Origin: Planctomycetaceae bacterium
GTDB lineage: Bacteria; Planctomycetota; Planctomycetia; Pirellulales; UBA1268
Assembly: GCA_947449135.1 (NCBI GenBank)
Contig: CANFQO010000005.1
Span: forward strand, 24,894 to 88,893
Length of the DNA stretch: 64,000 bases
Direction: 5' to 3'
Each line of letters starts with the position of its first letter. Within the stretch, counting starts at the first letter, position 1. Position numbers and translations under genes: made by a program. The notes beneath the pieces are model-generated. The model had not been told where the DNA came from and made no database searches. It saw only the letters and a list, made by a program, of their open reading frames with translations. Shown here one piece after another: positions 1 through 9,537 of the stretch.

Positions 1-970
1 CTGCCGTCAGCGGAAGTTTTAAAATATTGGAACACCCCGGGCACAAGAGCCGCACAACGTCATGCTCCGCCGTCATCGGCATTACATCGGCCAGCACGGT
101 CTCCGCAAATTCACTGCACGATGCAAATCGATCCTCAGGGTTCTTCGCCAGAGCCCAATGCACCGCGTTGCAGAGCCGCGGTGGTAGGCCGGGATACCGG
201 TCTGCAAGAGGCGGCGGTGGCAGAGTCAGATGCTCGACCGCGAGGGCCGTCTTTCCTGTGAACGGCAGTGACCCAGCGATCAGTTCGTAGACCATAACGG
301 CCAACGCATACTGATCGGAACGACCGTCGATCACCGCCTTTGGCGAGAACTGCTCCGGAGACATGTACTCCTGAGTGCCGACGCCGATATTTGTGCCCGT
401 GAGCGGTTCCGCCGCGTCCCCCACCATGTCCGCATCCTGCAACTGCTTTGCGATGCCAAAATCGCCCAAGAAAGAATGCCAGAAGCCGTCGAAGAAGATG
501 TTGGCTGGTTTCACATCACGGTGCACGATCCCGGCTGCATGCACTGCGTCGAGCGCCGATGCAATATCCGGAAGCCACAGATGGAGAGTCGCGGGGTGAT
601 TCTGCAGGGGCCGTCCAGCTGCATCCCGTAGTCGCCGCTGCGACAGAGAGCCTCCTGGCAGAAACCGCATCGCGACAAAGGGTACGCCCGCAAAATCCCC
701 GCCGGCATCCTCACCGCAGTCCACGATCTTCACGATGTGTGGATGGGGTACCGCCGCCATCGTACTGACCTCGCGCGCAAATCGCTTTGCGATCTGTGGC
801 CTGTACAGCAGCTCCTTCTTGGGCATCTTGATGACGACTGGAATGCCATCCTGGATGTCCCATGCCCGGTAGGCGATCCCCATGCCCCCTTCGCCGAGTT
901 GCGAAATCAGTCGGTAGCGACCCGCGATCGTTTTACGACGTCGTGATCCCTCCGGAACATCAGTGACCAT
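1..970 (-). CDS. Ser/Thr protein kinase (3' end runs off the window start)
   Basis: Reverse-strand translation starts at ATG (cat at 968-970). It shows a GEGGMG glycine loop, VVIKMP lysine, HRDVKPANIFF catalytic loop, GDFG and GTQEYMSPEQ. A CPGC zinc-ribbon-like motif sits at the window edge. It is absent from the ORF track because no stop lies inside the window. Confidence 0.85.
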   Translation of the reverse strand, partial: MVTDVPEGSRRRKTIAGRYRLISQLGEGGMGIAYRAWDIQDGIPVVIKMPKKELLYRPQIAKRFAREVSTMAAVPHPHIVKIVDCGEDAGGDFAGVPFVAMRFLPGGSLSQRRLRDAAGRPLQNHPATLHLWLPDIASALDAVHAAGIVHRDVKPANIFFDGFWHSFLGDFGIAKQLQDADMVGDAAEPLTGTNIGVGTQEYMSPEQFSPKAVIDGRSDQYALAVMVYELIAGSLPFTGKTALAVEHLTLPPPPLADRYPGLPPRLCNAVHWALAKNPEDRFASCSEFAETVLADVMPMTAEHDVVRLLCPGCSNILKLPLTA

Positions 971-1272
971 GACGGTTTCCCTTAGCGAGCCGCGTGAGAT
1001 CACCGACCAAGGAGAAAACTCTTAACGAAATGTACTGACACCGATCCATTGAGAACCTGCTGCTCTTGGGTTCTGTGGGGGTCAGTGGGCTGAGAATGCT
1101 TCGTGACTGGCAACCAAGGGTAGCTTCAATGGAGCCCAGCCACCTCGCCGGGTGGGTATGCTACTCACAACGCGACGATTCGCAAAACGGGCCAGGGCCA
1201 TCCTCGGAGAATCTCGCTCACTGGGTATGTTTACCCCGGCGCTGTCTCATTCATGGACCGCCCTTTCATGCG

Positions 1273-4200
1273 TCACGGCAGAATGCCCATGCGTTGGCGA
1301 TGCAACTCTCCTGTCGAGACGCCCCAGACGCGGGCGGTGCCGTCGTCGGCCCCCGTCACGATGAAGCGTCCCTCGGCCCCGAAGGCCACGCCCCAGATGG
1401 GGCCCTCGTGAGCATCGAGTGCAAGCAGGTGACGTCCGCTCTCGGTCTGCCAGAGATGGAGGCTGCCGTCGGCACCCCCGGCTGCGATCCTGGTGCCGTC
1501 TGGCGAAAACGCCACCTCCCAGACCTGCCCCACCGGGCCCGTCAACTCGATGCTCGACCAACCATCCGCCGGGCTCCAGAGCCGCACCGTACCATCGGAA
1601 GATGCGGTGGCGACGCGACTCCCATCCCGAGAGTAGACCACCCAGTTGACGTCATCAGCATGCCCCGGGAATGCCCCGCATGACACCCCGGTGACCGCGT
1701 CCCACTCCCTCACGAGACCGTCAGCACAGGCCGTTGCCAGCCGCCGGCCATCGGGAGACCAGGCCACGCCATGCACGCGCAATGGGTGGGGCAGCGTCAC
1801 CATGCTACCGGAGTCGAGCAGATGGGAGACGATTCTTACAGCGCCTCGCTCGATGCCCGCTTCTTCCCGGTCCGTACCGGCAATGGCAATCCGGCGTCCA
1901 TCCGGCGAGAAGTCCACCGCGAACACCGGCCCCAAGTGGGCATCGAGCTGCCCCACGGGCTTGGCATCGGCGACGGCATAGAGACGCAGGCTACCGTCAC
2001 CGCACGCGGCGGCAACGAGATCGCCGCTCGGGGAAAAATCGACTGCGTTCACCCGCCCGCGGATGGCCGGCATCTCGCGCACGACGCCGCATGTCTCCAG
2101 GTCCCAGAGCCCGAGACGGCCCTGCGCCGTGGCCGTTGCCACGAACCTGCCGTCGGGGGAACAGGCCACTCCCCGCACGCCAACGCCATCATCGCTGCCA
2201 CACTGCATGATCGGCTGGATCCCTTCACCGACGCCCCAGACCCGCGCGGTCGTATCTGCAGAGGCGGTCGCAAAGCGGCCGGCTGGCAGACGCGCGACCG
2301 ACCAGACGACATCACGATGCCCCACCAACTGCTGCTCGATAGTGCCGGTCGTGGAATTCCAGATGCGGAGGATCGCATCGGCCGACACCGTCGCAAGACC
2401 GGAACCATCCGCCTTCCATGCAACGCCGTTCACCCGCAATGGATGCCGCAGTACCCGTGCAACCGCTGAGTCCTCCACATTCCAGAGCCGAGCTGTGCCA
2501 TCCTCTGCCGCCGACGCCAGGTGGCGATCATCGGGGGAAAACGCAACCGCAAACACCCGTCGCGTATGGCCGCGCAAGTCGGGCAGCGGCTCACCGGTCG
2601 TGACATTCCAGAGCCGTATCACACCGTCGCCACAGGCGGCGGCCAGTCGGTCGCCGCTGGCCGCGAAGTCAACACCGTAAATGTTCCGGTCGCGGGTTGC
2701 AGATTTCCATGCGGGTGTGAAGGCAGCCCGCTGCTCGCACCGTTCTGCATCCCAGAGGGAGAGACTGCCGTCACCCGACGCGGTCGCGATCGTGCGACCA
2801 TCCGGAGCAAAGGCAATGCCATAGATGGCCGCGGAGTGACCCTTCAGCCTGCCGATCATCCTTCCTTGCACGGCGTCCCACACGATCGCCATGCCATCCT
2901 CGGCGGCCGTCACCAGCCGCAGTCCGTCTGGGGCGAAAGCCATCGACCAGATAGGCGCGAGATGCCCACTGAGCCGATGTGATTCCCGATACATGCCCCC
3001 AGCGTCTGTCGCCCAGAGACGAACGATGCCCTGATCGTCGCCGGTTGCCAGCAGGTCGCCCGTCGTCGTCGCGGCCACGGCCCTCACCGTCACATCATGA
3101 CCGTGAAGCGTCATGACCGAGTCGTCGATCCGTGCGGCGAGGCAGTCGATTTCAATAGGCCTGCCATCCACGACATCGACCGCTCGAGCCCGCTCCAGGA
3201 GGCCTGCTGCGATCGGGATGTTGCGTCGGCCAGCGGCCGCTGCTGCACGCTGCACGAGCGCATAGTACGACTCCGTCCGCTCACCGGCGCGATGCCGATC
3301 GGCGAGTTGCTCCTGGTGCCAGGCACGGTTCGAGTAGAAGGCCGCCGCCATGCCCACCAGAGAGACCACCACGACAGCCGCAACCAGGATGTGATGGCGT
3401 CGCACAAACCGCGCCGCCCGCTCGGGGATCGTCGCAGACCGAGCCCGAACCGGCTCGCCCGTCAGCCACCGCGTGAGATCGGCCTCGAGTTCATCGGCCG
3501 TCGCGTAACGATCAGCCGGCCGCTTCTGCAGACACTTTTCGGTGACGGCGGCTAACTGTCGCGCGTCCGCTGCCCGCATGACCGCGTTAGCGACCAACGC
3601 CCGAGAGACCGTCGCCGCCGCCTGCGTCTCCTGTTCACGAATGATTCGGGCCGCCGCTAGGACGGACATGCCCCGCACGTCGTAGGGAAGGTCGCCGGTG
3701 AGCAGTTCATGTAAGACCAGGCCAAGTGCGTAGACGTCGGTACGCGAATCGATTCGAGAGGCGTCGACATCGAACTGTTCCGGGCTCATGTACCGGAGCG
3801 TGCCCACGAGTTGTCCGACATCGGTCTGCAGGGTCGTGACCGCGAGATCGGCATCCGTGGTCCGAGCCACGCCGAAATCGATGACCTTTGGCTCGCCGTC
3901 ATCGCCGACGAGAATATTGCCGGGCTTGAGATCACGGTGCACGATCCCCAGGCGATGGCCATAGGCCACTGCCCCTACCACGCGACGGAGCAGCGCGACC
4001 CGTTGCCGGATCAAGAGGCCTCGGTCTCTCACAAACCGATCGATTGGCAGCGCCCCTGCCACCAACTCCATCACGAAGAATGGTACCGAGCCGCCACCGT
4101 GCCGACAGGTGCCCGCGGTATGCACCTGGGCGATATGAGGATGCCGCAAACGAGCCAGCAGGTGTCCCTCCAGCTCAAAGCGTTTCATCATCGCGCGGCT

Positions 4201-4479
4201 CGCAAAGCCATTCCGCAGCACCTTCACTGCCACCGGCCGGGCCGGCGTCTGCTGACGCGCCTCATATACCCGCCCCATGCCCCCCTCACCAAGCAGGCGA
4301 ACAATCGTCACGCCGCCGAGATCGCTGCCGGCTACGAGATCGATAATCTCTTCGCCATCAAAGCCAAACGAGTCCGCCTGGCCCGAAAGCTGTCCGGAGA
4401 GGCCAAGCAATTCCTCTCCTGCCGCGGGGCCTGCCGCAGGAGATCCGGTGGTGGAATCCGTTCCGACGTAGCGGCGCAT
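1273..4479 (-). CDS. Ser/Thr protein kinase with one TM helix and a long C-terminal WD40 repeat region (about two beta-propellers)
   Basis: 1068-aa ORF. Kinase motifs are GEGGMGRVY, VAVKVL, HRDLKPGNILV, IDFGVAR and GTLRYMSPEQ. A TM segment (ILVAAVVVVSLVGMAAAFY) follows. After it there are more than 12 repeats of the type GH...V..VAFSPDG..LATAS.DG..RLWD. Confidence 0.9.
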   Translation of the reverse strand: MRRYVGTDSTTGSPAAGPAAGEELLGLSGQLSGQADSFGFDGEEIIDLVAGSDLGGVTIVRLLGEGGMGRVYEARQQTPARPVAVKVLRNGFASRAMMKRFELEGHLLARLRHPHIAQVHTAGTCRHGGGSVPFFVMELVAGALPIDRFVRDRGLLIRQRVALLRRVVGAVAYGHRLGIVHRDLKPGNILVGDDGEPKVIDFGVARTTDADLAVTTLQTDVGQLVGTLRYMSPEQFDVDASRIDSRTDVYALGLVLHELLTGDLPYDVRGMSVLAAARIIREQETQAAATVSRALVANAVMRAADARQLAAVTEKCLQKRPADRYATADELEADLTRWLTGEPVRARSATIPERAARFVRRHHILVAAVVVVSLVGMAAAFYSNRAWHQEQLADRHRAGERTESYYALVQRAAAAAGRRNIPIAAGLLERARAVDVVDGRPIEIDCLAARIDDSVMTLHGHDVTVRAVAATTTGDLLATGDDQGIVRLWATDAGGMYRESHRLSGHLAPIWSMAFAPDGLRLVTAAEDGMAIVWDAVQGRMIGRLKGHSAAIYGIAFAPDGRTIATASGDGSLSLWDAERCEQRAAFTPAWKSATRDRNIYGVDFAASGDRLAAACGDGVIRLWNVTTGEPLPDLRGHTRRVFAVAFSPDDRHLASAAEDGTARLWNVEDSAVARVLRHPLRVNGVAWKADGSGLATVSADAILRIWNSTTGTIEQQLVGHRDVVWSVARLPAGRFATASADTTARVWGVGEGIQPIMQCGSDDGVGVRGVACSPDGRFVATATAQGRLGLWDLETCGVVREMPAIRGRVNAVDFSPSGDLVAAACGDGSLRLYAVADAKPVGQLDAHLGPVFAVDFSPDGRRIAIAGTDREEAGIERGAVRIVSHLLDSGSMVTLPHPLRVHGVAWSPDGRRLATACADGLVREWDAVTGVSCGAFPGHADDVNWVVYSRDGSRVATASSDGTVRLWSPADGWSSIELTGPVGQVWEVAFSPDGTRIAAGGADGSLHLWQTESGRHLLALDAHEGPIWGVAFGAEGRFIVTGADDGTARVWGVSTGELHRQRMGILP

Positions 4480-4516
4480 AGACCGGCGGTTATACAGTCC
4501 TCGCGAGGGGATGTCT

Positions 4517-4975
4517 TTATCCGATGTTTTTCATGCCATGACTTTGCTCAGGACTCTGGCCCGGAATATCGCCTGAGATAACTGCTCTCTCTGGAGCGGC
4601 TGCCATTCCTGCCGAGGCTGGCGTCCCCGCGGCAGATTTGTCGCCCGATGGTGGAGACGTTCTGCCGTCTACAGCTATCGGGAAAGCTTGCGTCAGGATC
4701 GCAGTACGGTTCGCCGCCAGAGCCAGCAGCGAATCCCGGGCTGCGATGATGCGACGGATCCGGTGTAGGCTCCTGAATGACGTGTGCCCCAGTTCACCCT
4801 GCCGCCAACGTCGGAGCTGAATCTGGGCCGCGACAATGATCCGCTCCATATCTGTTTCGTCCGGGGAAACCCGCAGCACCCGGTGCGGCTGCACGGGCGG
4901 CCGAGAGCATGCCGCCGCGGCGGCGGGCCACCCACCAGAATGGCTGAAAATCGCTGGGTTATTGGATTCAGACAT
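4517..4975 (-). CDS. Possible small hypothetical protein upstream of the WD40 kinase (weak)
   Basis: An internal ATG at 4975 within the 4517..5179 minus ORF gives a 152-aa product with a helical, Arg-rich middle. GC3 drops in the 3' third and I recognise no motif. It may be non-coding leader sequence. Confidence 0.25.
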   Translation of the reverse strand: MSESNNPAIFSHSGGWPAAAAACSRPPVQPHRVLRVSPDETDMERIIVAAQIQLRRWRQGELGHTSFRSLHRIRRIIAARDSLLALAANRTAILTQAFPIAVDGRTSPPSGDKSAAGTPASAGMAAAPERAVISGDIPGQSPEQSHGMKNIG

Positions 4976-5148
4976 GATGTGTGGTCTGGAAGATGGTGCA
5001 TTGAGGCCTGCGGCCGCACGGCCGCTCCTGTGAGATATGGCGAGAGCGGAGCCCCTCAGGGGCAAAAGCGGATACACTTCCCCGGAAACAGCCCGACATA
5101 CCGCCTTGTCGCACTGAACCCCGCCATACTCGAGTCCGAAGACGTCGT

Positions 5149-5766
5149 ATGGATACCGACGACACGATCTCGCCGGCATTTGCAGCGTGCCTCCAGAGGT
5201 TGGCCGCCGGAGACCTCTCTGCGCGGGATCGGATCATCGAACTCGTTGCCGACCGGCTTCATGCGCTGGCCCATCGGATGCTTGGCCGCTTCCCCGGCGT
5301 TCGCCGCTGGGAGGACACCGACGACGTCTTTCAGAATGCCGCCATGCGTCTGCACCGGGCCTTGGCCGCGATGCAGTTCGAGTCACCCCGATCGATCATG
5401 GCCCTGGCCGCCACGCAGTTGCACCGGGAGCTGATCGACTTGGCGCGACGGCATAACGGCCCCTCGTCCTACGCTGCCAACCACGGCACGAACGTATTGC
5501 CCACCGCGACTGGCGAAAGCGAGCCAGCCCGCCACATCGATCATAGCCCTGCGGCGGAAACCGGCCTCGACCGCTGGACGCTCTTTCACGAGGCAATCGC
5601 AGGTCTGTCCGAGCAGGATCGCGAGGTCTTCCATCTCGTCTGGTATCTGGGCGCCGATCAGAAGACGATCGCCACGCTCCTTGACTGCTCCGAACGCACC
5701 GTCAAATACCGCTGGCGATCCGCCCGGGAGGCCGTTCGCGCGGCACTCGACGGCCAGCCCCCCTGA
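5149..5766 (+). CDS. ECF-type RNA polymerase sigma-70 family factor
   Basis: 205 aa with an ATG start. The region 2-like segment is DTDDVFQNAAMRLHRAL. The region 4 HTH is LSEQDREVFHLVWYLGADQKTIATLLDCSERTVKYRWRSAREAV. It lies divergent from the kinase gene. Confidence 0.85.
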   Translation: MDTDDTISPAFAACLQRLAAGDLSARDRIIELVADRLHALAHRMLGRFPGVRRWEDTDDVFQNAAMRLHRALAAMQFESPRSIMALAATQLHRELIDLARRHNGPSSYAANHGTNVLPTATGESEPARHIDHSPAAETGLDRWTLFHEAIAGLSEQDREVFHLVWYLGADQKTIATLLDCSERTVKYRWRSAREAVRAALDGQPP

Positions 5767-5772
5767 CGCGGC

Positions 5773-6510
5773 TCAGGCGTCCTCGTCTGCATCGACCAAC
5801 TCCCGGAGGATGGCAATCGCCTCGTCGAGCGACACCGCATCGTAGCCACGGATGCAGGCCTTGCGATCGCACTCGGCAAGCAGCAGCACGTCCAGAAAAT
5901 CGGCGTGCGATTCGAGCCGCTGCCGAGCCCGCATTCCGAGTGTCTGGTTGCCGTGGGCCGTGGCTGCCTCCAACGATTCGACGAGCCAGCGGGTCCGCTC
6001 CGTGATCAGGTCGCCGAGAGCAGATACGCCGGCTGCCACCGGATCAGCCCGGTCGATCGCCCTCCCCAGATCGTGCACGAGAGCGGCCGTCAGCAATTCC
6101 TCGTCGAAGGGCCGCTCCTCGTACACCCGGTCAAAGACCTGCAGCGTGTGGTCAAGGACATCCCCCTCCGGATGCTTCACCGGATCCTGCTTCACATGCT
6201 CCAGCATCCGCACAAGATCCGCAATCGTATCCAGACGGTCATCACCGGGCCGGGCGGCCCCGCCCGCCCGACCGCTGGCGCGACTGACCTCGCGACGGAC
6301 TTGGTCGTGACTGGGCAACTGCTCTTCCGGCACCCAGCCACGGGCCACCCGCCGTGCCGCCCGAAACCTGGACCGCCTCGCGTCGCTGCCATTGGCCACC
6401 ATTCGGGCCGCCTCCTCCGCAATTCGCTGCCGGAGTTTGTCGGCGGACGCATCGCGACGCTCATCACCCATCGTCTCACCTCCGATTTCATCAATCGTCA
6501 GACTCGTCAC
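5773..6510 (-). CDS. HD-domain phosphohydrolase family protein
   Basis: 245 aa. Motifs are HPEGDVLDHTLQV and ALVHDLGRAID (the H..HD signature). An alternative ATG lies at 6471. The 5' end overlaps the stop of the upstream S46 gene by 20 nt. Confidence 0.75.
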   Translation of the reverse strand: MTSLTIDEIGGETMGDERRDASADKLRQRIAEEAARMVANGSDARRSRFRAARRVARGWVPEEQLPSHDQVRREVSRASGRAGGAARPGDDRLDTIADLVRMLEHVKQDPVKHPEGDVLDHTLQVFDRVYEERPFDEELLTAALVHDLGRAIDRADPVAAGVSALGDLITERTRWLVESLEAATAHGNQTLGMRARQRLESHADFLDVLLLAECDRKACIRGYDAVSLDEAIAILRELVDADEDA

Positions 6511-9262
6511 GGGCCGCCACCGGCCGCCACCGGATGTTCTTCACCAGTGCCGTTGTCGCGTAGGTGGCGATGCCCAGCGGCCGCGACGGCAAAACCTCGT
6601 TGCGGACCGACACACGGTGGCCCTTGAGCGGCTGATCGATCACCTGTTCGTCGTCGATGAAGCAGACGATCCGATCGGGGGTGACCCGCACGCGAACCGC
6701 ATACCAGCGGCCGGTCTTAAACTCCTTATAGAGCGTCGTGGCGTTATGGGCGGCATCATCGCCATCGATGCTCGACAGCCCCACCACGCCGCCCCCCCAG
6801 CCACCGACGATGAGGCTGCACGGATCCTCTCCCACCGGAAACGTCAGCCCGCAAAAAAAATCGTTGCCATCTGCCCGCTGCGCGTCGAGGGAGACCTCGT
6901 AGCCCTGACGTGGCACATCGCCGGTCCAGGTGATGCCACTTAAGTCGGCACCCATGCCGATTCGAATCGCACCGTCCTCCACCACGACATCCCCGTCGCC
7001 ACCAAAGCGGGTCGGGCGCCACTTCCCGAGCGTCGTGCCGTCGAAGAGCGACCGCCACGCGTCATCCTGAGCGGTCTCAGCCGAGGTGGAGCCGCCCGCA
7101 CCGCCGCCGAGCAATTCAGCAACAAGCGCATCGGCGGCATACACGGTACGCAGCGCCGCCAGGATGCCCGCCGAGTTGACCGACACCGCGCGGGCCTGCG
7201 CGTCGTCGTAGGCGATGTCGAGCACGAGCGACTGGATGTTGCCGTCGAAGATCAGGCCGACGAGTTCGCCCGCAGTGTTGACGACGGGGCTCCCGGAGTT
7301 GCCTCCGATGATGTCGGCGGTGGAGACGAAGTTGAAAGGCGTCTTCAGAAAGGCGTCATCCCCTTCCAACTGTGGCCGCAGCTTCTCCCATCGCGGCGGC
7401 AGATCGAAGGGCGACGCATCCCTCTTCGATTGGGCCCGTTCGAAGAGACCGGCATAGGTTGTGATCGCCGGCACCTGCCTGCCCGCCTCCTCATACCCTT
7501 TCACCGTGCCATAGGCGAGTCGCAGCGTGAAGGTGGCGTCGGGATAGACGCTCTCCCCCTCACTGGCGAAAACCACCTGCGTGATCTCCGCATGCGCCTG
7601 CCGCTTGATCTCACCCGCTGTCTCGACGATTTTTCGCAGCGACCGCGACTCCTCGTCGACGATGCGAGCCAGACCAAGCATCGGATCGGTCGACGCGTCG
7701 ATAGCCGCCTGGCCGCCGTCGTAGAGACCGCGACGTGTATCTGGCCGCACGGCGTCCGCTCCGCCCCGCTTGGCTAGGCCAGTGCCACCGACGAGTTCCG
7801 CTGCCCGTTCCCGCGGCGATTTTCCTGAGAGCACCTTCTGAACCAGTGGATCTTCAGGTCCAAGTGACGTTGCTAGAAACGTCAGCGAGTCGGCCAGTTT
7901 CACGATCTCAAAGGCGTCGTAGACCGGCTCGTCGGAAAAGAGCGCAAGCTCCAGCGACTCGCGATTGGAGTCCCTGAATTCACGGAGCCGTTCGCCGCTC
8001 GGTTTCGCGGCCTCGGCCGCAGCCCGCAGGAGCGTTCGGGCATTGCCGAAATACTGGCTGTTGAAGCCGACTGCCCCTTCAAGCAGGTTGTGCCGCAGGG
8101 CGACGGCGGCGATTTCTTTTTCCGCCTGCTCGATCCGGTCAAAAGGCGACGGCCGTGACGCCCCTGCTGCTCCGGCGGCCCGCTTCGCGACCAACTCACG
8201 CAATTTTTCTTCTGACGCACGCTTCCGCGTGATGAACTTTGGGTCGAGCAACCCGGCGAGAATTCCCTCTCGTGCCTTACGGCCGTTCTGCACGCCAAAC
8301 AGGTCGCCCATCGCCTGCCGCCTCTCCTCGAGCCCCTCGTCCGAATAGGCGTCGAGCATTACCTCAAGCCGGTTGAGCATGGCAAGCGAGAACGGAATCT
8401 GCCGGTCTCGCATCGCCAGGAGTTCCGGCAGCGTGTCGGCCCGGTCGGTATGGCCCGGATGGCCCGAGACGAAGACGAGATCACCTGCGGCGATCGGTTG
8501 CCGGCTCCATGTGAGGTGGTGCGGCACCCGCGCCGGCTTGCCGTTTTCGTAGGCCCGAAAGAAGCAGACATCGAGGTTGTAGCGGGGAAACTCAAAGTTG
8601 TCGGCATCGCCGCCAAAGAAGGCTATCTGCTGCTCCGGCGCGAAGACGAGCCGCACGTCTGTGTATTTCTTGGCTCGATAAAGATGGTAGAGGCCGCCCT
8701 GATAGAGCGTGACAACGTCGCTCCGCAGGCCCGTCGCAGCGAGCGACTCCTTCTCGATCTCCGCCATCACCTTCCGCCGAGCTGCAAACGCCTCCGCCGC
8801 AGGCATGCCCACCGTGACAGCTGCCTGCACGCGGGCGGTGACGTCCTCGATCGAGACAAGCACGTTGAGCTCGAGGTCAGGGCACTTGAGCTCATCGGCC
8901 TGCGAGGCCGCCGCGAAGCCGTCCCGATAGTAGTTGTGCTGCTCGGTGCCGAGCTTCTGCAGGCTATCGGCTCCGACATGGTGGTTGGTCAGCACGAGGC
9001 CGTCGGCCGAGACGAACGATCCCGAGCCACCCGAGTTGAACCGCACCGACGCCTGCTGGAGGTGCATCAGCCATTCCGGCGAGATGTTCTTCCCGCCGAG
9101 CGCGGCGGCGTGGTCCTTCTCCAGCCGCGCAAGAGGCGGATGACTGAAGAGCCACATTCCCTCATCGGCTCGGACCCCGGCCGCGACCAACGTCGAGACG
9201 ACCATGGTTGCAATGACCAACGTTTGGATCGGTCGGATAAACGTCTGCTGAGTTGTCTGCAT
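6491..9262 (-). CDS. Peptidase S46 (DPP7/DPP11-like) fused to a C-terminal DUF1080/LamG-like domain
   Basis: I chose the ATG at 9262 (MQTTQQTF, then a signal/TM helix, then DEGMWLF, which is typical of the mature S46 N-terminus). Catalytic motifs are LTNHHV and IIGGNSGSPVVN. The last ~210 aa (WRSLFDGTTLGKWRP...VKNIRWRPV) look like DUF1080. Confidence 0.85.
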   Translation of the reverse strand: MQTTQQTFIRPIQTLVIATMVVSTLVAAGVRADEGMWLFSHPPLARLEKDHAAALGGKNISPEWLMHLQQASVRFNSGGSGSFVSADGLVLTNHHVGADSLQKLGTEQHNYYRDGFAAASQADELKCPDLELNVLVSIEDVTARVQAAVTVGMPAAEAFAARRKVMAEIEKESLAATGLRSDVVTLYQGGLYHLYRAKKYTDVRLVFAPEQQIAFFGGDADNFEFPRYNLDVCFFRAYENGKPARVPHHLTWSRQPIAAGDLVFVSGHPGHTDRADTLPELLAMRDRQIPFSLAMLNRLEVMLDAYSDEGLEERRQAMGDLFGVQNGRKAREGILAGLLDPKFITRKRASEEKLRELVAKRAAGAAGASRPSPFDRIEQAEKEIAAVALRHNLLEGAVGFNSQYFGNARTLLRAAAEAAKPSGERLREFRDSNRESLELALFSDEPVYDAFEIVKLADSLTFLATSLGPEDPLVQKVLSGKSPRERAAELVGGTGLAKRGGADAVRPDTRRGLYDGGQAAIDASTDPMLGLARIVDEESRSLRKIVETAGEIKRQAHAEITQVVFASEGESVYPDATFTLRLAYGTVKGYEEAGRQVPAITTYAGLFERAQSKRDASPFDLPPRWEKLRPQLEGDDAFLKTPFNFVSTADIIGGNSGSPVVNTAGELVGLIFDGNIQSLVLDIAYDDAQARAVSVNSAGILAALRTVYAADALVAELLGGGAGGSTSAETAQDDAWRSLFDGTTLGKWRPTRFGGDGDVVVEDGAIRIGMGADLSGITWTGDVPRQGYEVSLDAQRADGNDFFCGLTFPVGEDPCSLIVGGWGGGVVGLSSIDGDDAAHNATTLYKEFKTGRWYAVRVRVTPDRIVCFIDDEQVIDQPLKGHRVSVRNEVLPSRPLGIATYATTALVKNIRWRPVAARDESDD

Positions 9263-9537
9263 GGTGGATGTCGTCTCTCGGCTGCGGTGGCGTCTCTCTC
9301 CCCCAAAGCCTATCCCAAACCCACCAGCACGTGTCCACCGCCGCTGGCTGGAGGCACGCAGGCCGTGACGGATACCGACGACCTTGTGACGGCGCTGGCT
9401 GCCGTCGTGGCTGGCGTTTTTTTCTTCGAAGCCGTGGCCTGACTGCGATCGAGGCGAACTCCGGCAGTTGACACAGTGACTATACTTCTGTACAGTTCCG
9501 GCGAGACAAGCATCCGCACGCCTTGGAGGACTTCGCC

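Noticed and set aside
4784-5434. 216-aa plus-strand ORF overlapping the ECF sigma gene in another frame.
   Set aside because: It has no motifs and an Arg/Pro-rich composition. The overlapping frame from 5149 carries clear sigma region 2 and region 4 signatures.
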